64,000 nucleotides of DNA from Botryllus schlosseri (lineage: Eukaryota): positions 24,926,001 through 24,990,000 of the forward strand of contig CM119371.1 in the NCBI GenBank assembly GCA_051294905.1, in the 5' to 3' direction. The translations under genes and the position numbers were made by a program. Shown here one piece after another: positions 38,001-50,758 of the stretch; the stretch's first letter is position 1; the number at the start of each line of letters is the position of its first letter. The notes beneath the pieces are model-generated. The model ran no database searches, had not been told where the DNA came from, and was given only the letters and a program-made list of their open reading frames with translations.

Positions 38001-41000
38001 TCAGTATTGAAGCCGATTCGGAGCCTTGACGAGCCTGCCGGATCTCGTGGTAATAGCACGAGTGCTGCCATCACTGATTGCTGTGGCATCACCAATATGC
38101 ATGTCGTTGGATTTGGATCGAATAGGAGTCTTGGTAAGCCTGCAAGGTCTTGTGGTAATTGCTCGAGCGCCGTCATTAGCCATTGAAGACGCATCACCAA
38201 TATCCATGTCGTTTGTTTTCGTTTGCTCGGCATCGTCGAGTGTCGCTCGTTTTGCTGCGCTGGTTTCACGTAGATGGATTCTGTTTCGTACCAATTCATT
38301 ACCCTTTTCAGTTTGCACCCTGTACGAACGTTCATTTTCTCTGGTCACCACTTTAGCTGGGGACCATATTTTATCATCTTTGTTGAATACACGAATCTGT
38401 TGTCCCTCTATCAATGGAGGGAGAGCCTTGCTGCGAATGTCAGAATAGTCCTTTTGTTTCTGCAGTCGAGCTTGCACATGGTCTTTATAGATCTCTGGTT
38501 TGTTGCTGATACCGTGACTTGGCATAGCTGTAGGGATCGGTCTACCAAATATCAGCTCGGCTGGGCTAGGTAGAACACTGTCCAGTGGAGTTGCTCTAAC
38601 ATTTAATAGTGCCATATGGATATCTTCTCCCCCTTTCATGCATTTGCGAAGAATTGGTTTCAGGTATCCAATTTGTCTTTCGATGAACCCGTTTGATTTT
38701 GGAAAACGGGGCGAGGATTTGGTATGTTTGACACCCCACATATGACAAAATTTGTCAAACTTGCTGAGATAGCATGGACCGTTGTCGGAGACGATTTCTT
38801 GTGGCACGCCAAAAAGGCTAAAACTTTCTTTGACAACTTCGATTACGTCTTCGCTGGTGCTTGAAGACAGTTTTTTCACAACCGGGAATCGACTGTAGTA
38901 GTCTGAAATTATAATGAAGTGTTCACCTTGAATTTCAAAAAGATCTGTTCCCAGCTTGGTCCATGGCATATTTGGTCGCTCATGACTGATAAGCGGTTCT
39001 CTTGTTTGTCGAGGTAGAGCCTCCTGACATAATTCACAATTTTTGCAGAGATTTTCAATGTCCTTGTACAGCCCTGGCCAATAGACACTTTCCCGGCTCA
39101 GAGCACGCGTTTTCTCAATCCCTTGATGACCTGCATGAAGCTGCGACAGTATGTCATTCCGCATAGTTTCGGGAATAATGACTTGTCGACCTTTGAAGAT
39201 GATGCCATCTTCAACTGCTAGTTCGTCCCTATAAGTCCAAAAGCTTCTCAGTTCATTTGGGATGGACTTGATATCTTCTGGCCAGCCAATGAAAATACAT
39301 TCAGATAGTTTGTGTAGGACGTGGTCTTTGGTTGTCTCAGTTCTCAGATCTTTTCTCTTTTCTTCTGAGAAGTGGATCATGTCTATGTCCGTGTTTTCGA
39401 TTGACCACATTGAGATTTCTTCCACGTGCGAGTCAAGGTCAATATATCCAGCATTGGCTGTATTAGGCATTCTTGACAGGGTGTCTGCTAGAGTCATTTC
39501 ATTGCCAGGTCTGTACTTAACATCAAAGTCATATCCTTGCACTTTCAACATCATTCTTTGCAGCCTTGGAGGTGCGACCCGTAGAGGTTTTTTAAAGATC
39601 ATTTCCAGAGGTTTGTGATCTGTGACCACGGTGAAGTATCGACCATAAAGATAATGGTGGAATCTCTGTATGCCACATATAACGGCAAGGCATTCTCTTT
39701 CTATATTGCTGTAGTTTGCTTGAGACGTCGTGAGCGTTTTACTGGCAAATGAAATGGGTGCCCCATCCTGAATCAAGGCTGAGCCCATTCCTTTCATCGA
39801 GGCGTCTACTTCCAATGTGACAGGACGTTGCGGGTCATAATATCTCAATGCCATGCAGTCGGAGATACCTTTTTTCATTTCGTTGAAGGCTTTCTCGTGG
39901 TCAGTATCCCAGGTGAATGGCGTATCTTTTTTAGTCAAATCTCTCAGAATGGAAGAGCTAACCGAAAAGTTTGGAAGATGGTTAGCGAGGAAGTTGGCCA
40001 TCCCAAGGAACCTTTGGAGATCTAGCTTGGTTGTTGGTGACGGCATTCTCAATATGTCTCCAACCTTTTTAGGATCAGGGTATACTCCGTTGTCGGTGTA
40101 AATGCGTCCAAAGAATGAGATTCTTCTTGACTTCACGATACATTTACTCTGATTAAATTTCAAACCTTCTTGCATTGCAACTTTCATGAATCTCAGGACA
40201 CGTTCATCGTGTTCGCCTTCTGTGCTGCCGTAGATGACTATGTCATCCGAGATTCCGACGCAACCGTCACATTTTTCTAGAATGCTGTCCATTCGGGCTT
40301 GAAAGATATCCTGACTTACTGATAGCCCAAAAGGTAATCTCATGAAGCAATATCGACCAAATGGAGTTCTGAATGTGGTTAGTTCTTGAGACTCCTTGGC
40401 CAGTTTCACACTCCAATACCCCGCCTTCGCATCCAGTTTGGTAAAGAACTTGGCTTTGCATAGGGCTGGAGTTATTTCTTCCACTGTGGGAATATTGTGC
40501 GGATATCGTTTCAGTGCCTTGTTAAGTTTGTGTGGGTCGAGGCACATACGAAGATCACCGTTCTTTTTCACTGCATACGCTAGTGAGGAGCACCAATCTG
40601 TATGTCCCTCTACTTTGCGAATGACTTTCAAGCTCACCATACGCTCTAGCTCAGTTTTGATCTTGTCTTTTAAATTGAGAGAGACCCTTCTCGGTGGATC
40701 TATCGACGGTATCGCATCCTTCGTCACATAAAGATTCTCTTCTCCATTAAACTCTCCAATGCCATTAAAGCACCCAGGAAATCTTCTAGTAAGATCTTCC
40801 ACTGTGTTCAGAGCGTCTCTGTCTGATTCACTTTTAATATCGTCGATATTAAACTGGATGAGTTCAAGTTCCAAACAGCCTGGTAACCCAAGAATTACTG
40901 GTCCGGGCACATCCACAACGTAGAACTTGAGCTCAACCGGTTTGTGGTCAGTTTTCTTTCTTATTGATAGCGTTATTGATCCATGGCAAAGAAGTTTCGT

Positions 41001-42095
41001 ACCGGAGTATCCTGTCAATCGAACGTTCGGTTCGTCTTGTAGGATTTCACCATATGGCTTGCTTCCAAACATCTGTTTGTATGTTCGTATCGGTAAAGTG
41101 TTACCACCAGCTCCTGTGTCGAGCTTGGAGTAGAGCATGCCAGTTACTCTTGGCTCTGTGTATTTCATTAACAGAGGTATAATGACCTCTTTACAGTCCT
41201 CATCACATGCAATGTCATTGATCAATATATGGTGGAACTCAATTCCAGCTTCATCATCACTGTCCAGCTGTATCTCGTTGTGATAACTCTTTGATCTTTT
41301 GTTTCTGTGGTATTTTCTTTGAAATTGCTGTTCACTGTCTTGCTCTTCTGCAGATTCATCGCGTTCATTTTGAGCATGTTTGCAGGTTTTCATCCAGTGG
41401 CCCAATTTACCACAACGATGACAAGTGGCATTATATGCAGGACAACTTCTCGGTCTGTGATTTAGGCCACAGCTTGTACATCGTTTACCTTTCTTTATCA
41501 TGTCTATATTGTCATTGTACATTCCACTGCCAGTATTTCCAGTAGTCATCCTGGACAGTGAGTCACTTGACGCTTGGATCGCTTCATATTCTCTCCCCTT
41601 TTCTAGAATTTCAGCCAGACTAGCACCTTTAGGTTTAGTCATCAATTCCTTTCGAAAGTTCTCGAATGGAGTGGAAAGGATAATCATCTCTATCAGACGT
41701 TCATTCAACTCCTCAATTCCAAACTCGCAACGAGAGGCCTTCTCCCTCAATCGTGAGATAAATCCAGTAATAGTTTCTTCAGGTCGCTGCCTGATTTGAG
41801 AGTACTCAAGTCTGTGAATACGAAAGTTAATCTTGATTGAAACGTCAATCTCACTTTCTATCTGCTTCCATATTTCTTTTGGATCCCTCTGATTCTGCTG
41901 TGTGAGGCCAGAATTCATGATTCTGCGCATTCCCTCGTCGCCAAGTGCTATTTTTATTTTTATGGCCTTTTTCACGTCGTCTGTGATCTCTTGGTCCATA
42001 AAGAACAACTCCATTCTTGCCTTGAAGGCTCTAAACGAGTCCACGAGCGGTTCATGTTTCCAGTCCATATGCGGCATTGGAATATTGCTAGCCAT
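38001..42095 (-). CDS. Gag-Pol polyprotein, 1364 aa (zinc knuckles, protease, RT, RNase H, integrase)
   Basis: CHRCGKLGHWMKTC knuckle; LDTGA protease; LDAKAGYW/RLPFGL/ISDD RT; VDAS...TDHKPL RNase H; HAGHQG...CELC and SDNGP integrase; Gypsy domain order. Confidence 0.97.
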   Translation of the reverse strand: MASNIPMPHMDWKHEPLVDSFRAFKARMELFFMDQEITDDVKKAIKIKIALGDEGMRRIMNSGLTQQNQRDPKEIWKQIESEIDVSIKINFRIHRLEYSQIRQRPEETITGFISRLREKASRCEFGIEELNERLIEMIILSTPFENFRKELMTKPKGASLAEILEKGREYEAIQASSDSLSRMTTGNTGSGMYNDNIDMIKKGKRCTSCGLNHRPRSCPAYNATCHRCGKLGHWMKTCKHAQNERDESAEEQDSEQQFQRKYHRNKRSKSYHNEIQLDSDDEAGIEFHHILINDIACDEDCKEVIIPLLMKYTEPRVTGMLYSKLDTGAGGNTLPIRTYKQMFGSKPYGEILQDEPNVRLTGYSGTKLLCHGSITLSIRKKTDHKPVELKFYVVDVPGPVILGLPGCLELELIQFNIDDIKSESDRDALNTVEDLTRRFPGCFNGIGEFNGEENLYVTKDAIPSIDPPRRVSLNLKDKIKTELERMVSLKVIRKVEGHTDWCSSLAYAVKKNGDLRMCLDPHKLNKALKRYPHNIPTVEEITPALCKAKFFTKLDAKAGYWSVKLAKESQELTTFRTPFGRYCFMRLPFGLSVSQDIFQARMDSILEKCDGCVGISDDIVIYGSTEGEHDERVLRFMKVAMQEGLKFNQSKCIVKSRRISFFGRIYTDNGVYPDPKKVGDILRMPSPTTKLDLQRFLGMANFLANHLPNFSVSSSILRDLTKKDTPFTWDTDHEKAFNEMKKGISDCMALRYYDPQRPVTLEVDASMKGMGSALIQDGAPISFASKTLTTSQANYSNIERECLAVICGIQRFHHYLYGRYFTVVTDHKPLEMIFKKPLRVAPPRLQRMMLKVQGYDFDVKYRPGNEMTLADTLSRMPNTANAGYIDLDSHVEEISMWSIENTDIDMIHFSEEKRKDLRTETTKDHVLHKLSECIFIGWPEDIKSIPNELRSFWTYRDELAVEDGIIFKGRQVIIPETMRNDILSQLHAGHQGIEKTRALSRESVYWPGLYKDIENLCKNCELCQEALPRQTREPLISHERPNMPWTKLGTDLFEIQGEHFIIISDYYSRFPVVKKLSSSTSEDVIEVVKESFSLFGVPQEIVSDNGPCYLSKFDKFCHMWGVKHTKSSPRFPKSNGFIERQIGYLKPILRKCMKGGEDIHMALLNVRATPLDSVLPSPAELIFGRPIPTAMPSHGISNKPEIYKDHVQARLQKQKDYSDIRSKALPPLIEGQQIRVFNKDDKIWSPAKVVTRENERSYRVQTEKGNELVRNRIHLRETSAAKRATLDDAEQTKTNDMDIGDASSMANDGARAITTRPCRLTKTPIRSKSNDMHIGDATAISDGSTRAITTRSGRLVKAPNRLQY

Positions 42096-42156
42096 TGTAG
42101 GTAAGGTCTTTGAAGAATGTAGGAGACAAAACGTACCTTTTCAACATAGACGCCAA

Positions 42157-42170
42157 CACCGCTGCCACCA
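42157..42170 (-). promoter_or_regulatory. Primer-binding site, tRNA-Leu type (TGGTGGCAGCGGTG)
   Basis: Abuts the 5' LTR; complementary to CACCGCTGCCACCA, recalled as the 3' end of eukaryotic tRNA-Leu(AAG/TAG). Confidence 0.8.
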
Positions 42171-42320
42171 TGTAATAATAGCTGCTTCTTTACTAAGCTC
42201 AGCAACAGACTGTAGAGTACATGTTTATTACTCGTCGGTCTACAACACCCTGATTAATGAAACAAGGATGCAGGCTGGAGCCTTGAAAAACATAAACGGA
42301 AATAATCAAATATTACAACA
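42171..42320 (-). repeat. 5' LTR
   Basis: Direct repeat of 37788-37937. Confidence 0.97.
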
Positions 42321-44694
42321 AACAGCTCACTCAGCGCTACTGGTAAATCTGATTACGGGGGCTGAAGGGATAAGACATATATATGCAATTACCACCTATT
42401 CATTCATGCATTATAGAAAATTTTGGCGCCTAGGGCGACCAGGCCACTCAAACTTTGCTGACCATCGAAATCACGCGACGGGGTTATTTGGGGTGAAGCC
42501 CCAGAAGTTTGGTTTATTACGCTATGGGTGCCCAAGACCATCTTTTTTATGGGGACTGACGAAGTGCTGTTACGTAGGGTTACCATCTTTTGGAATCGGG
42601 AAAGGAGGAACATATTTTAAACATTTTCAGACTTACAATACGTGAGTAAAATCCAGAAAAAATGGTAAATTTACCACAAAATTGCGGTTGGTTGACTAAA
42701 AAAAGGGTCAAATTACAGGCTCAATTCCTGAAATACAGTTTTTCTTCAAGATTTTCTGACGCTTGACTAAAAAAATGTCGTCGCTTATGTTTGAACCACG
42801 ACTTCCTGTTTAACATCATTTCTGCTCATTTTCACTCGAAACTATCCACAATCTGAGCTCTAAAAGCTGTCAAGGAGGACGAATTGCCATAAAGGAGGAC
42901 ATTTAGGCGTCATCGAATGATATTTTCAAAAACCTGAAAAAGTAGGAAAATATCGGGATGGGGGCGCTGGAGCACGATAATTCTTGAAAGGGGGCGCCGG
43001 AGGAAAAAAGGTTAAGAACCACTGATGTAAATCGATCGCTTTAGTAATTCTGTCGTTTAAATATGAGATGATTTGCCATTTCCGAACGCGGAAAATTACA
43101 TTTTCACTGGGCCATCTTTTTCAGGCTATTAATTTTGTTACCGTCGCCAAGAGTGAATGTTAATACAACGGCTTGGGTCAAGTTGCAGACCTAGGGGGTT
43201 CTGGGTTATCGCTATGCTGTTTGGCATTTTGACGGGAAATTCTTCCCGCATTGCGCAAGTTTTTTGCTGTATACCAGAAAAAAATTGTAATTTTGACGTT
43301 ACCGCCAGAATTCCTTAAAATGGCATAGTAACGTAATTTGTAGTAGTAATTTGACAGCTCTGCATGAACTAGGTTATACAACGGAACTTTTCGAATATTT
43401 CTTAGTCTGGTCCTCAAAAATTATAAATGCAACTTTTTACTGCAATTTTGGTACTATTAAGTGCAGATTTCTCGCGATTTTAGCGCAACAAAATCTTGCC
43501 CTACTGATAACTCCCAGTATCGTTTATTTTTCAAAGTCGCAAAAATATATTCCGGAATTGCTTTTCTGGGCATTATATATTCCTTGATAGGATTTTGCTT
43601 TCTTGTCTTTCTACAGATACAGCGTATAAAATTTCCGGACGGAAGTAGCGTATACAAGCGTGTGCCAAAGCGTGTATCAAGCGTGTGTCAACTTCTTTGA
43701 TATCAACATTAAATGAGGACAAAGTAATATTAATAATCAATCGAAGCACCGACTCCAAATGAACACATTCGACGGAATTTTTTAGCTCAGAAAATTTACA
43801 AAATGCGTGAAATTTCGAATACCAAGAACGGCAGATGTATTTCTGTTTGCAGCAGTTTATGCGTTTTCGTTCAACATTGCGAAAGTTACTACTAAACAAT
43901 GGTTGTCAATTTTAATTTTCTAAATGTCACTTAATCTGAGCTCCTACTTATTTCCCACGTCCTTATTTGCTAGTGGAGAATGTTTATGAATCAATATTAG
44001 GAGATGGTATTTTCGTGAAGGTACCAGGAGGTGAAAAATATATATTTATCATCACCCCTCGACTAACGTTAAAAATTCATATTGAATCAATTACTAAACT
44101 CGTGTAAAATTGATTTGGGGCACGGCCAATGTTTATCCTTTTGAATGGAAAATTACGAAATTATGGACCGAAAATAAATTTTTTCCCTCGAAAATGAAGT
44201 CTATGAATATAACAAATGTTTGTCGTATTCTGTGAAGTGCATGGTAGTATGCTAGTGTTTGTTATTTCCATATTCTACACATTTGTTCGAAATTTCATCA
44301 TTTAATCGGTTTGAATTTATATAGTAGTAGTAGACTTTATATCCCACTAAATAGTGATCAGCTACATGTCTGACTTCAATTCATGATCTCATTTCGTAAT
44401 GCATCAACTTAGCAACAATATTGTAGACCGTGAGTAAATTACAATATAAAACATCACTATGATCACGTTATAGTATTTTCCGTCATCAACGTAGTCAGAG
44501 ATTGGCTGTTTGTGTGAGTTTCATGCATATGTCAGAATACTATTTCAGAATTATGTGTGTGTTTTTATCTCATTCAAAACGCACTTTCGATAGTGTTGTT
44601 GATATATGTGTACGATCGGATATAGCCGCCATATTTCCGTCCCGATTCCGAAGGGATGGTCTTATATGCAGAACTATTATAGTGACTAGGCCGA

Positions 44695-45418
44695 TTTTTT
44701 GACCTGAAATCAGAAGATTTTGAGCTAAAACATGAAAACTTTGACATTTTTTTTACCTTAAAAACATAATTTCGACAAAATTTTGACCTCATGTATGTAA
44801 ATTAGATGTTTCCGCACATAATGTCAGCATTGCACAACTTATTTATTTCTGGTTGGAACCATCTGTCCTTATGAAAAAAATTTTAAACTTAATTACGCAC
44901 AAATTATTACCAACTAATTACAACGAAAGATACTTTCCTACATTCTCGGGTAAAAAGTGACTGTCCTTACAAAGAAGCTTGTCAGGAATGGAGAGAGAAC
45001 GTTCAACACCAGCAGTTGTCGGCTGGCAGCACTGATGTTTTGCGTATACTGCTAGTGTCATACCGTGTTGCTCCATTCTGACAATGTTTCCACATCAAAA
45101 TGTTTCATGCGCTTCTTGATATAAGAACTAATGTCCACGGAGTCTTGTCTCAGTTAGGATATTGCGGTACGTTGGGCATAACAATATGCCAACCTATTTG
45201 TTTCATTTGACCGTCTATGATTCACAATGAGCAGACAATGAGCCGCCCGCAACGGCAGGCCTATAAAGTAGGCTACGAGTTTTCCAATGGGAAATGATAA
45301 GTTCACCGACAGTGCAAACATCTACGATACAAACGAAATGACGGCTGTAATTTTTTAATACTTTGTCGACAGTTATGACATTTTTTGACCTAACGTTTAA
45401 TTTTGACCTTTTTGACAT
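44695..45418 (+). repeat. Diverged interspersed repeat, copy 2
   Basis: Colinear similarity to 450-1281. Confidence 0.75.
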
Positions 45419-46012
45419 AAAATGCTTGAATCTTCTTCATGACTATATTACCTAAATTTTAATAAATGTCAAAGTTTTGTATGTAAATATCACCCATCAC
45501 ATGATTTGCTTTCAGTTGGAAACGTTCAACACAATATAATACCGGATCATAATCACATGGATTGTATGCAGACCTAGATGTTAGACTTATCTCATGAACG
45601 TAATGTACTAAGAATCCGCTAAACAAAATTGATATGTGTTTCCGTAGTGAGTTTATGAGATTTTGTAAAGATATCTAGTACAACCGTTTTGGTGATCAGT
45701 GTGTATTGGTAAATAAATCTTTAATCAGCAAAGCACTGAATATTAGATTTTGATCTCATGGATATGAGTTAGCCACTGCAAGGCTGGTAGTCGACCTAAC
45801 TAGTTGACCAACCTAACCATCAACGTAGCACGTTGCGATTCAGAAGTGCGGGTACACCAGGATAGACAGTATCATTTACAAATTTTCCTCAAGGTTGTTA
45901 CGAGGAACCTCCAACAAGATGGGCTATGCTGCCCTGATATAATCATTACAGTTACTTAACGAGAAATTAGCGTCAGTGTCACTCACAAATATATTATAGA
46001 ATTGAATAGAAC

Positions 46013-46207
46013 TATATTCATATTGAAATGAGCCCGAATATTTTCGGCTCACACTCGTCAGGGGTTATCGTCAGCTCGTGACGTCATATTTTTTTAGATA
46101 CGATTGTTTATATACAATGTTCTTTTGAATTATCTACTAGTTGCTTACGATTACCCTCGACGAGTGTAAGTCGAGAACATATTCGGGCTCATTTCAATAT
46201 AAATATA
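46013..46207. mobile_element. Small foldback MITE (~65-bp imperfect inverted arms)
   Basis: ATATTGAAATGAGCCCGAATAT...ATATTCGGGCTCATTTCAATAT. Confidence 0.7.
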
Positions 46208-47047
46208 CTTACTATTTAATAGTATATTGAAGTTCCATACCTCTAAAAAGCTCTTTACGTTATTTCATGAAGACTACATCAACATAATTTACTGTTGTCT
46301 CAATCAATTTAATAAATCGGTTGCTATATTTAGCTACCAATAGTTTGATAAACTGTGCCTCAATGTGCTTCTAACGTGGTGTTTTAAATTGCAGAAGTGG
46401 ATTCATTTATTTCAAGTCATGCATATTGCGTTACGTCCGACGCCGAACTGTAATACTTACAGGGTATTCATTTCAGATTGCTTTGAACAACTCATCAATA
46501 TTTATGCTACTTGAAATTTTTCTTGGCTCCGGGCGCGATTTAATATCGCGTGTGTTACACACATAACGCGAGAGCAACCCTCGGGCTCACACCATTCCTA
46601 GTAATGCCCGTCAATGAAAAAACATTGATTATAATTTTCTCGGAGTTACGACTGCTGTGTGCATATCCAATTTAGTTTGTGGAAGCCGACCAATTAATTG
46701 ATGGTGTACTTCAATTTGAAAATAGTTACAGTAGAAAACCACTGAAATTAGACATTCAGAACAATTGCTGAATTAGGACGAAATATTGAAGAATCCATTA
46801 ATGATCGCCTTCGAATGTATCAAGGAATCATATCCTGTTAACCTGTAGCCAACCCTTTTCAAAAATATTCATGGATTGGTGGCCCATATTTTAGCAGCTT
46901 CTCTGAATACTATGATCTAGCGACGTCCGGTAGGGCTTGACTGGGACGTATTTGACTATTTATTATATTTGACATTTGAATCGCACCCAATCAGAACCCG
47001 ACTAACCGTACCGCCAGATAACGATCTAAAACTTGTACACTGTAGTG

Positions 47048-47383
47048 CAGTGGTTCTCACCTATTTGTCTTCACGGGCCCGATATAGACCGTCATGGATC
47101 TCGCGCACCAAAATCCCAACAAAACATCTCTAAACAGCAACATATTTGTATCAGTAGATTTTTGAGATTTTTGCAATTAAATCGAATTTGCACAGTAGAA
47201 AATGTCATCCCAGACGGTCATTCTGTGTATGTCAGTCCTCAAAGTTTTGCTGGTATGAAGCTATACTGACTCATGATTTTTCTAATTTAAAAAATACAAT
47301 TTTTGATATCAACCCTTTTTCTAATTTGGAGGTTTCGCGGACCCGCTGAAAATACTTCCCGGACCCCAGATTAAGAACCACTG
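47048..47383. mobile_element. hAT-type MITE
   Basis: CAGTGGTTCT...AGAACCACTG termini; TSD not convincing. Confidence 0.6.
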
Positions 47384-47954
47384 CTAGCGCCTAAGTTTTG
47401 AAGGATTACCCCGGTCCCTCCTCGCCATCTCATCCGCATTCACCGACATTTGGCGACACGACAACTGTTCCAATTCTCAAGCTGCCATGAGCTACCGGTC
47501 CGGCTCGAATACCCGATTTTTATGGATAAAAATAAATAAATCAATTCGGAAAACTGCACGAGGACATGGTGATTTGATTTCAGGATATATTCCAATTAGA
47601 AATTACTTACCGGATAATCAATCCATTAAGTCAGGTTTTCGAATAGGAAATGATTGAGCTGAATATACATTGTAATGCAGAACTTTTGAGTTCATCCCTA
47701 AGTTCAATACCTCGCTCTATAGCTAGATAAAAATGTTAAATCAAATAGAAATACTCTGACTGGAATCGAGTCGACATTTCGCCGTTGCCCTTCCCCGCAT
47801 AACTAAGCTTTCGTTTTAAGCTGCCAATAAGCAGCATCCACTCGTGGTTGACATATTTGGCGATGCAGTCTCCGTCAAGGAATAATCACGATTCGGAGTC
47901 AGTTACCCTTTCCTCAACGCATTCCTTCCCGGGTAGCGACCTCGTCACATCTCA

Positions 47955-48100
47955 ATCGTGTAAGCGGTGTCTTATAAAAGTCTAGAAATGGGCCCTGCTA
48001 CAAGTCGGCAGCTTCGGAATAAAAATGAAAAAGATTGACCTGGTGTAAAAGACCATGCGATAGTAGTCGACACACCTTGAATACCTCAAAACAAGCAAAC
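47955..48100 (+). mobile_element. 3' fragment of the tRNA-SINE family
   Basis: TAAGCGGTGTCTT...CCTGGTGTAAA...GAATACC...AAAC matches the 3' half of 32543-32823. Confidence 0.7.
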
Positions 48101-49064
48101 CTTGTGGGTTGGTGGGGGAGTTATCTTAGTGGTGACATCCAACACTATAGGTACACTGGCTTCTCAGGCTTAATTTCGCGTAGCATTGTTATCCGGCCTC
48201 TTCCCAGAGCCGTATGAACCAAAAAAATACCAGATGAAGAACGTACTCAAAAACAAACGAATGCCAAGAACTGGAAAGACTAAAGGACTGCGAAACAGAA
48301 ATGGATGCCAGATTAAGACACCGCAACTGGTCATATCAGCATCCTGTTATCTGTTCCGTGCATCGCCCTGTGCCTTATGTATCGCATTGCATTGTACATT
48401 GTGTGTACCATGATAGTTTGGATATGCATATTGCGAGTTGCGACATGTATTACAACTCTACGTTCTTTTCGATTTCATCTTAATTAACTACAAAACTGCA
48501 TATAATGATGATGTCCTTGTTTTATCGACTTAATTGCGTAAGCGCGCGATATACGAACGTTAGGCCCTGCATTTCACCCAAATGAAGCGGAGAATATTCA
48601 TCGCAACTACTGCAATACTGACTCGAATCCCCTTTGGAACACTAATCAAATCAATGATTCCACTCGCGCAAGGTTCACCTGTTGGCTTTACAAATAGCGA
48701 GTTGGCATAATTTCCGGTATAACAGACATTTACGATGTTTGCAGATTGAGTTAACGATGCTATTAATATTATTCATGACATTGCGATGAACTAATCAACA
48801 CGTAATTACGGAGTCAGGCGCAGGGTTGTAATGACTCAAGTCATGACTCGACTCGAGTCAGACTCGAGTCACGATTTTTTTATGACTCGACTTGACTCGA
48901 GTCATTTTCTTGAAATGGGAAAATGACTCGACTCGACTCGAGTCAATATTTGGATTGACTCGACTTGTACTCGAGTCATTACGCATGACTCGACCCAAGT
49001 CATTGACTCGGCTTATTTTATATGACTTGAAGATGAAGAAATTTGCGAATCGTAATGGCTAGAT

Positions 49065-50253
49065 CAGGGGTGGACAAACTACGGCCCGCGGGACGCATGC
49101 GGCCCGCAACACCGTTCTGTGCGGCCCGCGAGAGTCTAAAGAAACAGATTTAAAAAATATTGATAAAAAGCGTACTAAAAATCGAATTAATGCAGGGACG
49201 TGATTAAATTTTTTCTTAGTATATTTCACCATGATAATTCTAAGGCAGTGGTTCTCAAATTGGGGTGGGCGCGGAGTGAAAACATTTGAAGGGAGTCGCA
49301 AAGCTGAGCTCAACTGAATTTTTTTCGCGCTTCTCGCGATTTTAATATAATTCATAGTTATTGCTCTGTATTTAGTCTGAATTTCATATTTAAAATTCTC
49401 TCATCCACAGTCGTAACCTTCCATGCCATCAAACTATCGGCTATGTTTGCTAGTATCCGAGTATGTCACGTTTTGTGATATGACGATAAGTGGGGCGCGA
49501 AATCTTTCACCATCATAAGGGGGACGTGTCTTAAAAAGAACAACTGTTCTAAGTTAAATACTTACTATATTATTTCTTATGTTTAATTTCTGGCGCGACA
49601 GCCCGATCTCGAGGCCCACGAAGTTTGAAGGGTTTCAACTGCTAAACATCACAGAAATCCTAAACGACATTGACATAATTCGGATCACGACTCACGAGTG
49701 TGATTTCAGATTGGCCACTCCAGTTTTAATCATTTCAGTGATGTGCTTATAAAAAATGATTCGCGCGTGTCTTAATAGGTACATTCGTTCTCTGTATGCG
49801 TAGAATTAGGGTATTTATATTTTATCTACACATATGGTAGAAGCGTGTTTGAAGCTACCATGGTTATGATGCTGTCAGCATTGTGTGGCCTGGAACTGAA
49901 CCGAAAGCGGAATTACTAAATCTATGAACAGATCGCTCTTCACAGATTTAAATTTCAATCATGTTCTAAGATTCGGGATAACCGACTTTCATCTCCACTA
50001 TAGTTTTGACAAATTGGTTATTGAGGTCGGCCAGCCTATGAAATCTAGCCACTGTTTCTGACGTGTGTACGATATCATCAAAGCAATCTTTGGTTTGTTT
50101 TAAATAGGCATATATATTATCTTCATGTCCTCACTATATAATCAAGCACCAATAATGCGTTTTGGTTTATAATCTCAATTTTATATAGTGCGGCCCGCGA
50201 ATGGATTCAGATGTTGAATGCGGCCCGCGAGCTCAAAAGTTTGCCCACCCCTG
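49065..50253. mobile_element. hAT MITE nested in 48821-52076
   Basis: CAGGGGTGGACAAACT...AGTTTGCCCACCCCTG; perfect TSD GGCTAGAT; GCGGCCCGC repeats. Confidence 0.92.
49246..49546. mobile_element. hAT MITE nested in 49065-50253
   Basis: CAGTGGTTCT...AGAACAACTG; TSD TTCTAAGG/TTCTAAGT. Confidence 0.8.
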
Positions 50254-50530
50254 GGCTAGATCAACGCATCCGAAGAATTCTGCCGACATCGCTATTTGTC
50301 ACCACTGCTTTCGTTGCACTTGTCTGATATCAGATATGCCACCGTAAAAACAACAGAAAATGATACATGGTAGCAATAATGCATTGTACAAAATCGTCCA
50401 GTGATGAAGAGGTAATAGATCCTCCGCAATTAAAGTACTCAAGACTTTTCAATTATACAAGCAAACAATTGAAGCAAGGTTCAATTAGAGCCAATGAAAT
50501 GACTCAGATGGTCAAGAGACTGATAAGCTC

Positions 50531-50758
50531 ATGTGTAGATTTGAAGGCGATGATTCTTTGCATTTTTGGGCGACTAGAAAGAATGAGTATTCAATGCTCT
50601 TCAGTGTGGTTCAAAAATGCTTGTCAATTCCTGCATCTAGTGCACTAGTGGAACGTGTATTCAGTAGATGTGGATTCATTCTACGGCCATGCCGCTTTAA
50701 CATATCTGAGGATCTCCTTTCCACATTAGTATTTTTGAGGTGTAACTCATTGATTTAA
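50531..50758 (+). pseudogene. hAT transposase C-terminal dimerisation domain remnant
   Basis: LHFW...LSIPASSALVERVFSRCG...LLSTLVFLRCN matches the hAT dimerisation motif (LSIPAS..ER.FS). Confidence 0.88.

Larger units (their letters stand above)
37788..42320 (-). mobile_element. Intact Ty3/Gypsy LTR retrotransposon (Mag-like)
   Basis: 150-bp TG...CA LTRs at 37788-37937 and 42171-42320, identical by eye. TSD AACAG (37783-37787, 42321-42325). PBS, PPT and a single gag-pol ORF present. Confidence 0.97.
37730..43024 (-). mobile_element. Reverse-oriented partial copy of the 35329-36876 element, interrupted by the Gypsy element and a TAGGGTT-MITE fragment (~42575-42955)
   Basis: Both LTR flanks join to give the reverse complement of ~35670-35760; ends GGTTAAGAACCACTG at 43024. 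Confidence 0.75.

Noticed and set aside
38026..42645. Plus-strand ORFs over the Gypsy element
   Set aside because: Antisense shadows of gag-pol with no recognisable motifs.
44315..44335. AGTAGTAGTAGA as another Polinton end or a minus-strand Helitron 5' end
   Set aside because: No partner TIR, TSD or convincing hairpin plus CTAG 3' end found.
46676..46841. Possible plus-strand exon (FVEADQLIDG... or TFRTIAELGR...)
   Set aside because: Frames close quickly; no link to other exons and no recognisable motif.
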